64,000 nucleotides of DNA from Antedon mediterranea (GCF_964355755.1 NC_092670.1:10526795-10590794); one strand, 5' to 3'. Positions 37,732 to 50,977 are shown, counted from the first letter of the stretch. The notes: generated from the sequence alone by a model not told the origin. A program made the numbers and translations.

Positions 37732-39626
37732 ACAAATTGTAATCTAGAAATGGAAATGGAAATCCAGAACAAGGGCTTTTCGTGGATCGATTGTGGGTCG
37801 ATGATTTGTCCATCATAAATTTGTGTTTTATTAGGGGTTCTCATAATTGTAAGCCAAATCATAAATTAATATCTCCATTTCCATATATTAGATGGCAGCA
37901 CTTAAATAAGTAATTCAATATTCAAATATTAAAGATGTACTGTATTGTCCCTTTGATTAATTCAAAAAAACTTTTGAAGTATCATAATAGTTATAAACTT
38001 TCACCCAAAATTTTACTAAATTTAACTAAAATACAGACGTTTTTTTGTTAAAAAAGTAACTTTGACTTCCAGTCAAAGTTTTCGATCAAAACATATCTCA
38101 TAATGCAACACGCTTTTTTGGCTACTCTGTATGCATAATCATAAAACTTCCTCGCGATCTGTGCGAAACACATTCTCAACCGTGACGAGTTGTAAACAAT
38201 CCTAATTAGCAGCATACTCGTGGTTTAAAATCTTTGTTTATTTTCTTGCTATAATTTTCCAGATGAAATGTAATCAAATTAATTTACCTGTTAATTACGT
38301 AAACTTGTTGTTTTTGGCTCAAATTTTTGACCTAAAGTGAATAACTTTAAGGTTTGAGACGTTTCTAGTATAAATTATATTTAGACATACATCACTTCCA
38401 ACCCATAACACCTCAGTGACAGTTTTTAAAAAATATAGTTTAAAACATTTCCAGTAGAGTTTCAGCCATGTTGATAGGCCTATGACCCACCCCAAACTTA
38501 AAATTCAATTCAAATTGAGAGCCTACTACCATTAGCCCAAGCAAAAATCCCCACTATTCCCTTTACCGCAACTCCCCCCTACCCTCCTGACTTTGTGAAT
38601 TTGTTTAATGTAGTTTAAAACCTTCACAGTACAATTGCAGTCATTTTGATACCCATATGTATGGTTACGTGCAGAAACAGAAATTTGTATAACGAAGAGA
38701 AAAACACAAAAAGTGGAAAAAAGGTTGGGAATTTTGACCCATAACTTGTATTCCAGATGGCGGATGATGCTCAAATACAGTTTACAGCCTTCCGGTACCA
38801 TTACGGTCATTTAGATACCCCATATGTGTGCAGTAACAAAAATGTGTATAACTAACATACAAACATCAAAGTATCAAGCAGATTAATAAGTTAAATTCAT
38901 ACAAAAAGAATTGATCAAAGTTTTGTTTTTTTCTGAAAGTGATTTTTGACGCTAATACATTCAAAGTTGAATTTTGTAGTTGTTTATTTGCTCTTTAAAG
39001 TTTAATACTTTCACTTTACCTTGGAAAATACATTAGCATTCATCTTGTGTTTCTTTATGTCACTAATTTCCTTGATCAAAACCAATTGAATATATATATA
39101 TAATATACATTCATTGTAAGTTTTTATTTAATTTTTAATCATTTCAAAACTAGATTCAATTTAAAAACTTCAGCAAATATCCATTGAAAATACTCCTAAA
39201 TTAGATTAAAAATTACTAATTATTATTAATTAAAATATAGGAAATACTGATTTATGATTAGATATCAATTTGATTTTATTAATTAAAAACAATAATAATA
39301 ATGTTACTATTGTATTAGCATAGTTTTAAATAATACAATTAATATTGTTTTTACAGAATGACTTATGATTATTTGGTATAATATTTAAAAATGATTAATA
39401 ATAAAACATTAATTGTTACTAATATTATATAATTTAAAATACAAAATGAAAAATTCCGTTTAATAAATTTTAAACAAATAACAGTTGATATGGCAATATA
39501 TTTGATTAATATGTTATAACATTTGGATTATTATAATAAAATAATTATTCAATGATAAAGCAAAATGATAATTTAAAAGAAACAAAGAAGAATCTAAATT
39601 ATTAAATAATTACAGATTCTGATTTG

Positions 39627-40009
39627 TTATGGTGGTCTTATAACCATCATCACTGTTGTCTTAAAAGATCAAAATAGCGATCCCAGTTGATGCCATTGTA
39701 ATGAGCTGTACCTGGTGTCAGACAAAGCCCATTCAGGTCTGAATCATGAACATTCTTTTATGGGGCTCTTTTAACCATCATCACTGTTGTCTTAAAAGAT
39801 CAAAATAGCGATCCCAGTTGATGCCATTGAGCTGTACCTGGTGTAAGATAAAGCCCATTCAGGTCTGAATCATGAACATTCTCTTATGGGGCTCTTTTAA
39901 CCATCATCACTGTTGTCTTAAACGATCAAAATAGCGATCCCAGTTGATGCCATAGAGCTGTACCTGGTGTAAGATAAAGCCCATTCAGGTCTGAATCATG
40001 AACATTCTT
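39627..40009 (-). repeat. Three tandem pseudo-copies (131, 126, 126 bp) of the FReD C-terminal segment after the gene B stop
   Basis: Units start at 39627, 39758 and 39884. Each encodes HDSDLNGL(Y/C)LTPGTA...KTTVMMV... with an internal stop or frameshift. Confidence 0.92.
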
Positions 40010-40275
40010 TTATGGGGCTCTTTTAACCATCATCACTGTCTTCTTGAGACTGTAGTACCTACTATGGAAATTCCACCAGCTGGTGCCTGTCAAACCCTCT
40101 GTACCTGGTGTAAGGTAAAGCCCATTCAGGTTTGAATGATGACAACTATTGTACCACCAAACACCTTTGTTATACTCAGCACAGTTAGTACCGATCCCGC
40201 TACCGCTTCTCTTATCATTGTCTCTATCAGACGTTGAAAATTGTTGACCATTGTGGCGTGATGTCAAAGGATCAC
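40010..40275 (-). CDS. FReD gene B, last exon
   Basis: tttag|GDPLTSRHNGQQFSTSDRDND...NCAEYNKGVWWYNSCHHSNLNGLY...SLKKTVMMVKRAP*. Confidence 0.85.
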
Positions 40276-41330
40276 CTAAACAAACAAAATCTTAAATCAT
40301 CTTTAGTTTACTTCATACATCTTTAAATTAAAATTAATTTTTAAATATTTGTTTTTCTTTCTATTACAAATAAAATAAAAGATATTTGATATAAAAGGGA
40401 AAATAAAACACAAATTTATAAACTATTCTTATATATCATATATTCTTTATTTTATTTTTTTTTTGTCAGAGTTATTATACTTTAAAAGCAATGCATTTTA
40501 ATATTGAAGAAAGCCAAAGTTATATGATAAGTAAAAAGTGCGATTAATAAAGTACTACTCCTCCCTTATTCGTTGTAGTATTGAGCTGGGATTTGGCATG
40601 AATATACAAATCCATAGAGCCGGATTTTGAATATCATTGGCTCCTTGTTTAGGGACCACTGACTATAAATCCTATTGAATTAGAACAGGTAATGAATGTG
40701 TTGAACGTTGCAACATTTAGTAAGGAATTTAATCGTTATTTTTATCCATATGTATTTTTTAAATAACAAAAAATATAATATAATGTACCACACAGTGATA
40801 TATTTTCGACTAGTTAGCCGTTATTGAAGAGATAATAAATAGTGAGTTTTGACAAAAAGTTTTGCCGCGTTGATCGGTGGGCTAGGCCAGGCCGAGCTAA
40901 TCGTAGTCGCTACTTTATTGTTGATTTTCTCAAAATGAAGATTTCCTAAGCTATAAATAGTGACTCGTATGTTTTCATTAATTTGTTTTTTTTTTTTTTT
41001 ACTATTTATACAAATTTATATACTGTATTATTTTTATCAATTATTGCAAAATCTTACTTTTCAGCCTTTTGGCTGCCGTTGTATTATTGATTTCTTTTTT
41101 ATGGATAAATATACATGAAGTGATTTAATAAACCAATTTTAATAAACAACGCCTCATTTTAAAGCTTATTAAACATAGTTTACAAATATAGCCTATAAAT
41201 ATCTTAAAATTTGTTTACACTACGCCGATTTTGTGATGCCATGCCTCAATTCTGTAGTTACTGGTAGTAATTATATTTTGTTCACTCTACGAACCTGTTT
41301 GTGCAATTATTTAGAATGCTTGTTTGGATA

Positions 41331-42030
41331 TTAATCATACACATACTGTTGCATTGACTGCCTCATAAATGCCTACTACATTAATCATACACATACTGTT
41401 GCATTGACTGTCTCATAAATGCCTACTACATTAATCATACACATACTGTTGCATTGACTGCCTCATAAATGCCTACTACATTAATCATACACATACTGTT
41501 GCATTGACTGCCTCATAAATGCCTACTACATTAATCATACATATACTGTTGCATTGACTGCCTCATAAATGCCTACGACATTAATCATACACATACTGTT
41601 GCATTGACTGCCTCATAAATGCCTACTACATTAATCATACACATACTGTTGCATTGACTGCCTCATAAATGCCTACTACATTAATCTTACACATACTGTT
41701 GCATTGACTGCCTCATAAATGTCTACTACATTAATCATACACATACTGTTGCATTGACTGCCTCATAAATGCCTACTACATTAATCAAACACATACTGTT
41801 GCATTGACTGCCTCATAAATGCCTACTACATTAATCATACACATACTGTTGCATTGACTGCCTCATAAATGCCTACTACATTAATCATACACATACTGTT
41901 GCATTGACTGCCTCATAAATGCCTACTACATTAATCATACACATACTGTTGCATTGACTGCCTCATAAATGCCTACTACATTAATCATACACATACTGTT
42001 GCATTGACTGCCTCATAATTGCCTACTACA
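41331..42030. repeat. 50-bp minisatellite, 14 units, in a gene B intron
   Basis: ttaatcatacacatactgttgcattgactgcctcataaatgcctactaca repeated head-to-tail with only point changes. Confidence 0.95.
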
Positions 42031-42695
42031 TTAAAACAAACTAAAATCAGTAAATGTAGTAACTGCAGTAAATGCAGTTTAATAATTTTAACATGATCTA
42101 TTGTTGTACTGTGTGTGCATTTGCACATTTAAATATAGTTAGATTCGTTTCAGGCCTGTAAGAAGGAATTGCGAAGTGGGAGGTCCATACCAAAAATGTA
42201 CTTCATAGACAGTTTACAGAGTACTTTGCATTCAAGGTGATCACCTTTGGGCTTTACATTATATTTGAGACGCGACATCAATTGATAATCAAAAAGTATC
42301 AAATGATTATTATTTGTTGTTTAAACTTTTAAATATTGTGGTCTAATTATGACATAACTAGTGAAATTATGGGGCTATTTCACAAAGGCGTAGAATTATT
42401 TTTTCATGAGGTTCACGTCAATATCATTATTAGAATTGTTTTGTTCTACTTTTCAGATGTTTAGAAGCTTTTCTTTTAATGTTTGTCTAATTTCTTTAAG
42501 CTAAATTTAATGGAAAGACAACCTCAAATTATGCTAGAACGCTGCTGTGTCTTGTGACTTTAGCCCTGACTTTAGACCCTGACGCCACCGCTGCTTAGGT
42601 ACAGTACATGTCTCATGTTCCTTCCCAGTAGTCAATTTCCTTATCATTTAGCTGTGTTTAATCAGTCGTAATTCTAACATTATTTTTATACTAAC

Positions 42696-42957
42696 CTGCA
42701 GTTCCATTGCATCCACTGATTTTCAAAGTATAGTTAGAGTCCTCAGTACCAACACGAAAATGAGAATATTTTGCGATCTTCATTTCATCCAAGTGGTCAG
42801 TCATCTCTATTAGAAGCTCAAAACTGCCATCAAATGTTATACGGTGTATCTGTTCATTACCAAGCCAGAACTCTGAGTTCACATTTCCAAAACCATCTTT
42901 GTATTCTGCCCAACTACGGTAGAAATCGACCAATCCATCTTCTCTTCTTTGTAATAT
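42696..42957 (-). CDS. FReD gene B, middle exon
   Basis: cag|ILQRREDGLVDFYRSWAEYKDGFGNVNSEFWLGNEQI...GTA g|gttagt; 262 nt, same length as in gene A. Confidence 0.88.
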
Positions 42958-43579
42958 CTGGTAATGACCATAGATAGTACTTAATGAATAAGATAGTATT
43001 GTACTTCACTTAAGATGTGTAGAGGTATTAACGCCAGGTTAGTGATCTGGTCGGTCGTAAGTTCGAGTTCCACCACAGAATTACTTGTCGAAGTATTCTC
43101 AATGTACTTAAAGTACAAATTATGTCATACTGTAGTAGGGCAAAACATCTGACCAATTACTTAACACCCTGACGCAAAGCAACTCCACAGTAGTTACAAA
43201 CAATTTAAGATATGATCATGATGCATGACAAATGTGTAATTATATACATGTGTTTGTGCACAATGCATGTTTCAAAGATTGCTTTGAAATGCAGGACCAT
43301 CCTGCACAATGCGAGATGGTTGTTGACGTTGGCAAAAATGAATAAAGATATAAACAATAATAAAACCCATTTTACTGATGAAAATAAGAAAAAAGTATCT
43401 TATTGTAAGAACTTGACCAATAATAAAGAAGATGTATTTAGTATATTGTAATTTAGAATTTGATATACTTTTTTTTTCAGTTAGGTGTTAGCTCGTAGTG
43501 TTTAACTGCGAATAGTAAGCTGCAGCCTCTGTATTACATTTACTCACTCTAATATCTAAATTATTGTTTTTATACTTAC

Positions 43580-43715
43580 AGTCCAACCGCCATCATCCTT
43601 CATGTCACAGTAGACAGTAACCTCTGGTCCTCCATTACTGGCTGTATCGCATATTGACCACTCATAGCAGAAGGATCATTTCGTAAAATGTCACCACAGT
43701 CCCTCATGAAACACT
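43580..43715 (-). pseudogene. FReD gene B, first FReD exon with a 1-nt deletion
   Basis: 136 nt versus 137 in gene A. CFMRDCGDILRNDPSAMSGQYAIQP(-1)NGGPEVTVYCDMKDDGGWT; the uncorrected frame reaches TGA. Confidence 0.8.
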
Positions 43716-43859
43716 CTAACATTACAATTTTGTAAATGATAAAAAAAATCATAAAGTATGAAAACATTTGGTTAATAAAAGACCTGCTTTATTATACATT
43801 ATCATTATTGTAATTATATCTATTAATCGAGTCAAATGCCTTTTTAAAGACAAGATATC

Positions 43860-45130
43860 TTCAATTAGTCTTATATTTTAGTGTATATTTCTTCCTTTAA
43901 CAAAAACGCTTTGATCATAACTAATAATGGAATAACTTTTTTTAGTCTCGCTGCTAAGCATTTGGTTAGAATGTTATAGTCTATGTTTAAATGACTCCTA
44001 ATAGGACGCCAATTATCTAGTGAGTGGCGGGGTAAATCTTTTCCCGCCACAGTAAAAAAAAAAAAAGTAAAAAGTATCATTGATGATGAAACACATCCTC
44101 TTCACAAACAATTTGCCCTCATGAATTCTGGCATAAGACTACATGCACTTAATACCAAAACAAAACGGTTTAGGTGCTCGTTTGTACCTAATGCTATACA
44201 CTTATATAACTCCAGAGTACAAAGATAAAACGTAACCGCTTTTGTTTATTTTTATAGCTCACGCATGTATTTTTAATGCTTTTATATAAACTTTAAATCA
44301 TCGTTAGTGCAATATAATAATAAATCATATAATATAATTAAATAATAATAATATTTATCTAATTTTAACAATTTTTAGCCTCTTAACTTTTTGTGTGTGT
44401 TTTGTAAATAGTATTTTATATTTATATTTTTGTATTTTGCCAGTTTTCAAATCACATTTCTGTTTTTTAAATGGACAATAAAGTATATATGACTATGACT
44501 ATATGACTATGACTATGACTATGTGTATAGCGTTATGACACCTTTATTTTGAGATTTTGTTAATTCACTAAATTTGTATGATCATTAAATGCATTCACTA
44601 CTAGTTGTCCTACGTTAACCCAGAATCTTTTATAAATTCAGGTGAGAGCCCATCATACCCAGAGCTTTTATTATTTTCAATCATTTTTAGTGCATTTAAA
44701 CATTCCTCATAGATATACCTTCACATACATTTTTATCTAGTTTCGGTAAAGTAATGCCATCTAGAAATGATCCTAAATTTTCTGTAAGTGTGTCGTTTTC
44801 AGATCTATATAGTTCAGAAAAGAAACTGACCTGCATGTTTAAAATGTCAGAGTTTGAGTTTTTTTATACCTCTCATTTTTTCTAGATTCAACAAGTATTT
44901 TGATGACCTTTCACATTTTTCGCACCACTTTTCACGAGATCTTATATGAATGCCTCTAACTACGTGCTCGTAAAGCGTTTCATATTCCGATTTTACCTTG
45001 TTATATTGACGTTTAAGATTAATGTTTTGTGGTGATTTTATTAGTTCATCATACTGTTTGTATCTTCTTTTATAACTTACTTAAATTTAACTTATTTTAT
45101 TTTTTCTTGGATTTTGTATATTCAATAAAT
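43860..45130 (-). mobile_element. Degraded L1/Tx1-like LINE ORF2 fragment, interrupted by a Rex1 3' end
   Basis: IRSREKWCEKCERSSKYLLNLE; KGVITL; DNWRPI...NIDYNILTKCLAARLKKVIP. Confidence 0.7.
44055..44522 (+). mobile_element. Rex1-type LINE 3' end with (gactat)n tail
   Basis: SIIDDETHPLHKQFALMNSGIR...TKRFRCSFVPNAIHLYN, then an AT-rich UTR, aataaa and a microsatellite tail. Confidence 0.75.
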
Positions 45131-45444
45131 AACTATATTCCTAAATACAGACCGGGTCATTCATCTAGTAGAAGAAATTTCGGGGTGAAAGATAATAATT
45201 AAGTACTAATTTTTGATTGAATTTTAACTTGAAATGTATTTTAGTTGTTTTTAGTTGTCTTTTTCAATGAATAATACAAAAGATGTTTTAATGTTTTATT
45301 GTTTAACTGCTTTTGGTTAAAAAGTGCTTTGCACTCCATCAGCAACCTTGTAGATGAGACAAATTGTGAACACTGGCTTAAAACCCAGTATCGATCCGGA
45401 AGAAACGAATCTCGGACGTCCCTATGGGGGCGATTCATCTGTAA

Positions 45445-46360
45445 ATTGAGAGAATAAAAAAGTGGTTTAGTATGAGATTTTTTAGGTGCTCCCGAACAGA
45501 TTCAGAGAGAATTAATTTTTGTGTTATCAGAACCTGTCCAGGGGCAGCATCCAGTAAATTTATCTACAGTTGTAGCCCAAGCAACATTGCAGTATGATAA
45601 ATAGGGTAAAATAAGAGTATTATACAGGGAAAATAAGATGTTTAAAGGAAGTATGTACTTCAATTTACTTAAAGCCCCATTCCCTACGTTTTTTAGATCT
45701 AATTTAAGATCACAAACTATATTTAATGTAAAAATAATACTATATGGTCCTATTGCGATAACTTTTTTCGTCTTTAAACGGTTAAAAATGTGAAAAATAA
45801 ATCGATTCTAATAATTATAGCGGCCCGCTATAAATCCCAAAATGCATTGCGCGCGGATTGATAAGTTTTGTTTTTCACCTGTAATTCGCCCACTTTTCGA
45901 TCGATCGTGAAGCCAAAACAAATGGAAGACTCCTAACTTTTCAGCGAAAATACTGGGTTTTCCCCAATTTGTATCAACGGAGTCTGGCAAAAATAGAAAG
46001 ACAATTAATGCAGCAACTATACAACGTCAGGCTAGGTATATAGCTAGCTTACGATGTTCGTACGTTATCGTTGTTTACCAGCTAGGCCTACAAAACTAAG
46101 CCTAAGACCGTCCACGAGAGGTCGATCGCCGCGAGCTACTTAGGTAGTGCATTGTTTCTCACTTTTTATCATAATTTACCATAAAACGTACATTTAAGAC
46201 AAGGAATGACATGGTTTAATGTTTTTAAAGTGATATATATGTATTATTTTCCAAAAAACGTCCAAAATTGCAGGGAAGGGGTCTTTAAAATTCCAACGTT
46301 TCTCAAGATAATTTTAGTTAAATATGTTATGTGAGGTTTCCAATTTAGTTCAAGAGTCAA
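45445..46360 (-). mobile_element. CR1/L2-group LINE RT C-terminal fragment, split by a TTAA MITE
   Basis: LNWKPHITYLTKIILRNVGIL|SKLKYILPLNILFSLYNTLILPYLSYCNVAWA is restored when 45673-46288 is removed. Confidence 0.75.
45673..46284. mobile_element. Kolobok-like MITE
   Basis: TTAA TSD (45669-45672, 46285-46288); AG...CT termini with a ~13-bp TIR (agccccattccct / agggaaggggtct). Confidence 0.75.
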
Positions 46361-47382
46361 ATCAATATTTGACTCTTGAGTGTCTATTTTGTTTTCATTA
46401 ATTCTAAAAGCCAGCAAAACTTCTTTTATCTTGTTTAAAAATTTCAATTATTTCTGTTTTTACCTTTAAATGTACTTACTTTAATTGTGTTAATTTGATT
46501 TTGATAATTTTAGGTTTAATTTTATATTTTCTTTTGTCCATTTATATACTGTATTTTGTTTATATTTATGTAGTTAAGAACTGAACCACTTTGGAAATCA
46601 GTACATTGTATTGAAAGTGTATTTCAGAATAAAGAAAGATTAAATAAATAAATTAAAATACAAAATTGAAGAGTCAAGGAATATAGTGTGCAATGTAAAA
46701 TGAACCTTTGAAGCTAGACTTGCCCCAAGTCTGTATTTATTGTCTTTTTTTTTTATTTATTTGTTTTTATTTCGACCGCGATTTTTGTCTGAAAATACAG
46801 ACTTGTGAAACACGTATAGAAATCCATGACCTTCTCATCAAAATTAATGTCTCTAACAAGTAATATTGAATTATCTCAACTCGAATCTATTTTATTATAT
46901 TATGGTGATGCTATTAAATGACATAAAATGTAAACATAAAAAGGATTATTGTCCTTTACTGAATTTTCCTCTTTCAAACTTTATAATATTATATAGTATT
47001 ATATGGTGATGCTATTAAAATTCAAATATATTGTAATGTTTGTCTTCCACTTGTCTCTATTCTTAGATATTATTATTTAAAACACGTTCTCTGCATGTAA
47101 AATAATAGCATCTGCATAATTTAGTATCTTGTTTGAAAATGAAGGTTAACATCAATTAATTTTTCATATGTTGTTTTCACATAGCTACCACAGTATTACT
47201 TAATACACTGCACTCTCCTCACCTCTGCTGGCTTGATGATAACTTGAACAAAAAAAAACCAACCACATGTTTTAACTTCAGATGTTGACTTGTCCAATGG
47301 CATTGTCTAGTTAGGAATCAAAAAGTAATATAGTACAATGTTGTATATATGATCTAGAAAGGGATATACAGTATATATAGCT

Positions 47383-48000
47383 TTTTCAAGTTTTCAAGTT
47401 TAGTTTATTGTTTCACACAATACAATACAATACAATACAATATGAACAGAAACATAAATTAATAATAAATACAATTGTGTGAGGAGGACGCATTAAGCCA
47501 AGGCTTTAAGTTTGGTCCTCCAGATAAGTAATATATTTAATTATTTAATTTAAGTGAGAGAACAAAAACAAACTTCTTTCTTTCGTCAAATTGACAAATA
47601 AAATTAAACAAAAAGGCACAAAAAAGAAAAAAAAAACAGTCTTAAGGCATTTGTGAATTACTAATGTTCTAAATAGTTTGAAATAAGTGTTTGTTTGTAT
47701 TTAAAAAAAAATGTATTTATGATGGTTATTGCTTTTAGATTGAGCGGTAAGTTGTTCCATATATACGGTCCATTGTAAATAAAAGATGTTCTTCTAAGTA
47801 ATATGGTATGCTTTTCGTATAGATTTTTTGCAGTTGAAGATCTGGTGTTGTAAGAATGATTAAAATTTTGAAAATAGGAGTAAAATTGAGTTGGTAATTT
47901 ATTATGATTTAGGCGGAACATGAATAAAGCTGTTTGGAGTTTATTTATATCAAATAAGTATTGAGAGAATAAAAAAGTGGTTTAGTATGAGATTTTGGAG
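47383..48000 (-). mobile_element. CR1/L2-group LINE 3' end
   Basis: HSYNTRS...TSFIYNGPYIWNNLP...; UTR with aataaa and a short-repeat tail. Shares gagaataaaaaagtggtttagtatgagatttt with about 45450. Confidence 0.75.
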
Positions 48001-48200
48001 GAACTGAACCACTTTGGAAATCAGTACATTGTATTGAAAGTGTATTTCAGAATAAAGAAAGATTAAATAAATAAATTAAAATACAAAATTAAAGAGTCAA
48101 GGAATATATTGTGCACTGTAACATGAACCTTTGAAGCATGCAGTCACAAATGAAAAAGAAAACAGAATCTTGTTAATATATTTAAATATACATACTGTTT

Positions 48201-48536
48201 ACTGAGTACGGCCATACTGCGTTGAGACACTGGTTCGAAGTTAAGCAACGTTGGGCCCGGTTGCGTTCTGGATGGGAGACCGTCTAGAAATTGCTGCGGG
48301 TGCTGTATATACTGGAGAGTGATGGTGTAATGGTAATATCGGACTAGCATGTGATAGGCATGGGTTTGAGGTTATCTGTACCATACTAATTGCATCTTTA
48401 GGCAAGATGCTTTACTCTCATTGCCTCATCCTTCGGTAGGCGCTGCACTGCTGGCTGCCGTGGGTCCGTGGAGGGCCTAATCCGAATTTCCTCAGTTTCC
48501 AGTTAAGCTTGAGGACAAACCTTTACCTTTACCTTT
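48201..48536 (+). mobile_element. 5S-derived SINE, copy 2 (duplicated together with its flanks)
   Basis: Near-identical to 35922-36260, at the same insertion site. Confidence 0.8.
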
Positions 48537-49482
48537 TACTGTTTCTTCATTCTTGTTTTGTTTGTGTATTTAATATTTAAAATTATAGACGTTTATTGTG
48601 TTACTGTTTAATATTTTTTAATGTCCCCTAGTCGCTTATTTGCTATCATATTTTTGTACATTTATGCATTTCATTGTCGTCTGGGGAATTGTCTTCTTTT
48701 GTAAAGCTTCAAAAGCATCTTAGTAACAGTTCCGACTGGAGAACAACGACTTAGTTAAATATTCTTGCAGTCTTCTGTTGTTCAATTTTTGTAATATTTT
48801 GATTTGTGGTGAAAAGAATGTTTAAAATCTTTGTTTACTTTCTTGCGACAATTTTCCAGATGAAATGTAATCAAATTAATTTACCTGTTAATTACGTAAA
48901 CTTGTTGTTTTTGGCTCAAATTTTTGACCTAAAGTGAATAACTTTAAGGTTTGAGACGTTTCTAATATAAATTATATTGAGCCATACATCACTTCCAACC
49001 CATAACCCCTCAGTGACAGTTTTTTTTAAATATAGTTTAAAACAGTTCCAGTAGAGTTTCAGCCATGTTGATAGGCCTACGACCCACCCCAAACTTAAAA
49101 TTCAATTCAAATTGAGAGCCTACTACCCTTAGCCCAAGCAAAAATCCCCACTACTCCCTTTACCGCAACTCCCCCCTACCCTCCTGACTTTGTGAATTTT
49201 TTAAATGTAGTTTAAAACCTTCACAGTACAATTGCAGTCATTTTGATACCCATATGTATGGTTACGTGCAGAAACAGAAATTTGTATAACGAACAGAAAA
49301 ACACAAAAAGTGGAAAAAAGGTTGGGAATTTTGACCCATAACTTGTATTCAAGATGGCGGATGATGTTCAATATAGTTTAGAACATTCCGGTACCATTAC
49401 GGTCATTTTGATACCCCATATGTGTGCAGTAACAAAAATGTGTATAACTAACATACAAACATCAAAGTATCAAGCAGATTCA

Positions 49483-50977
49483 TCTATAGTATATATAAAT
49501 TTACGTAAGGGCAAAATTCGATAAATCTCGGTTTATTTATAGAATTTTTACTCGATGGTATATAAAGTTGGTTCATACTGTCAGTACTGATTTTAAACAT
49601 CTGATGTAACCCTGTTTACTAATTAAATTGAGTTTGGTAATTAGTTATTGATGATTAAAACGAATTTAGGTTCAACGATTGGCCCCAAATAGGGGTGTTT
49701 TCCAATCGTGGTATACACTGTCTAATGAATGTCCATGGAAAAATACCCGAACACAATAATAGGAGGATGCTTCGCATTTTCCTATCTCCTCCTACGATAC
49801 TTATTTTTAATAGCTAAAAACCGGTTGAACAGCTCGAGTACAGTATCATAATGTTGAAGACACGCCGATTTTTTTAAAAAAAAATACTATTTTGATAGAT
49901 TTAATATACATTTATACAACTGTTTTGATCTGCTATAAATGGAACATTCCAATCTCTGTTCCACAAGCGTCTATTCCCTCAGGCGTCGTAAAGACAAGTA
50001 CCGTACAGTCATAACAGAAATTCGATCCATTTTATCCAATCTGTGTGCTGCAGAGGTTGGATATAGGTTTTTTTTTACGGATAATGAGCTAGCCCGTGAG
50101 CTACCCTTTCCTCAGTCGCCGTCTATTAAATAATCATCTTTATTATTGCAGTTAAACCACCACCCACACCACCACCCTCCCTCTCACTGGCATGAGTAGC
50201 GTTGTAAAGCCAGTAGAGGACAGGCCTACAGTACAAAGGATCACATGCCTTAAACGCAGAACAACTTTGGTGGTTAGGAACCAACTTAAGTATGAATTGG
50301 CTCTAAGAAACAATTGAAAACCATTAGACCTACTAATTAAGTTTAGTTAGATAATTATTTATTGACGATTAAAGCAAATTTACGATTTTCCCAGAATATA
50401 GAGGTGTTTACTTTATTACTGACAGTTCCTTCTGAACGTTTATATTAATTAATAATGTAATTACAGTACAAAAAATATAAACGTCGTATTAGTGATGTAT
50501 CGTTACATGTACTCTACTATTTCAATCGACTATACGGTGACAGTTTCAACAAAGTATTAACTAGCAATGTTTTACTGGGTTTAGTCATGGAGGTATAATA
50601 CCTCCATGGTTTAGTGGTATATTATTTGTAAAACATGAAAACAATTAATATTTCGTTACTAAATGGATAAAGAATATATTTAAAAATTGTTCGTCTTTGC
50701 ACCCATCCTCTTCCCCATCCCTCAACCCTCATGTTGCATACAAAACACAAATTCAGTTTGTTTCAAAACAATTGGTCTTATTTTGTGACAAGTTTCTCTT
50801 TCGGAAGTAATTCTCAGGGTGCTAATTTTAGTTGAGTACATAAATCACCGTGTCTATTTATTCGTTCCTGAAAACGACGTGTCCTGCATGCACATTTGAA
50901 GTCGCCAGTTTTTTAACGCTGAAATTACTATGTGTTCGAGAACCATCTGTGGGCACGACCTAGATGGTACCATCTAG
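49483..50977 (+). mobile_element. Non-autonomous Helitron, copy 2
   Basis: A|TC...CTAG|T. The empty site is visible in the duplicate at 38875-38895 (caagcagattaataagttaaattc); no TSD. Confidence 0.9.

Larger units (their letters stand above)
32990..39760. repeat. Intergenic block segmentally duplicated at 46377-51779; its right end is also at about 6290-7120
   Basis: Approximate matches: 32990-33327/46920-47148, 35240-35470/47148-47375, 35515-35860/46377-46712, 35728-36545/48002-48822, 38225-38885/48822-49482, 38887-39760/50978-51650. Confidence 0.88.

Noticed and set aside
37929-38350. Possible second Kolobok-like element starting ttaaagatgtac
   Set aside because: No matching right terminus or TSD could be identified.
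39884-40009. Stop-codon readthrough or selenocysteine extension of gene B via the in-frame 126-bp cassettes
   Set aside because: The gene stop is TAA, the internal TGA arises from compensating indels and the middle is read in a non-homologous frame. No SECIS recognised.
41331-42030. CRISPR-like regular array
   Set aside because: Contiguous 50-bp units without unique spacers, no cas genes, and located in a eukaryotic intron: a minisatellite.
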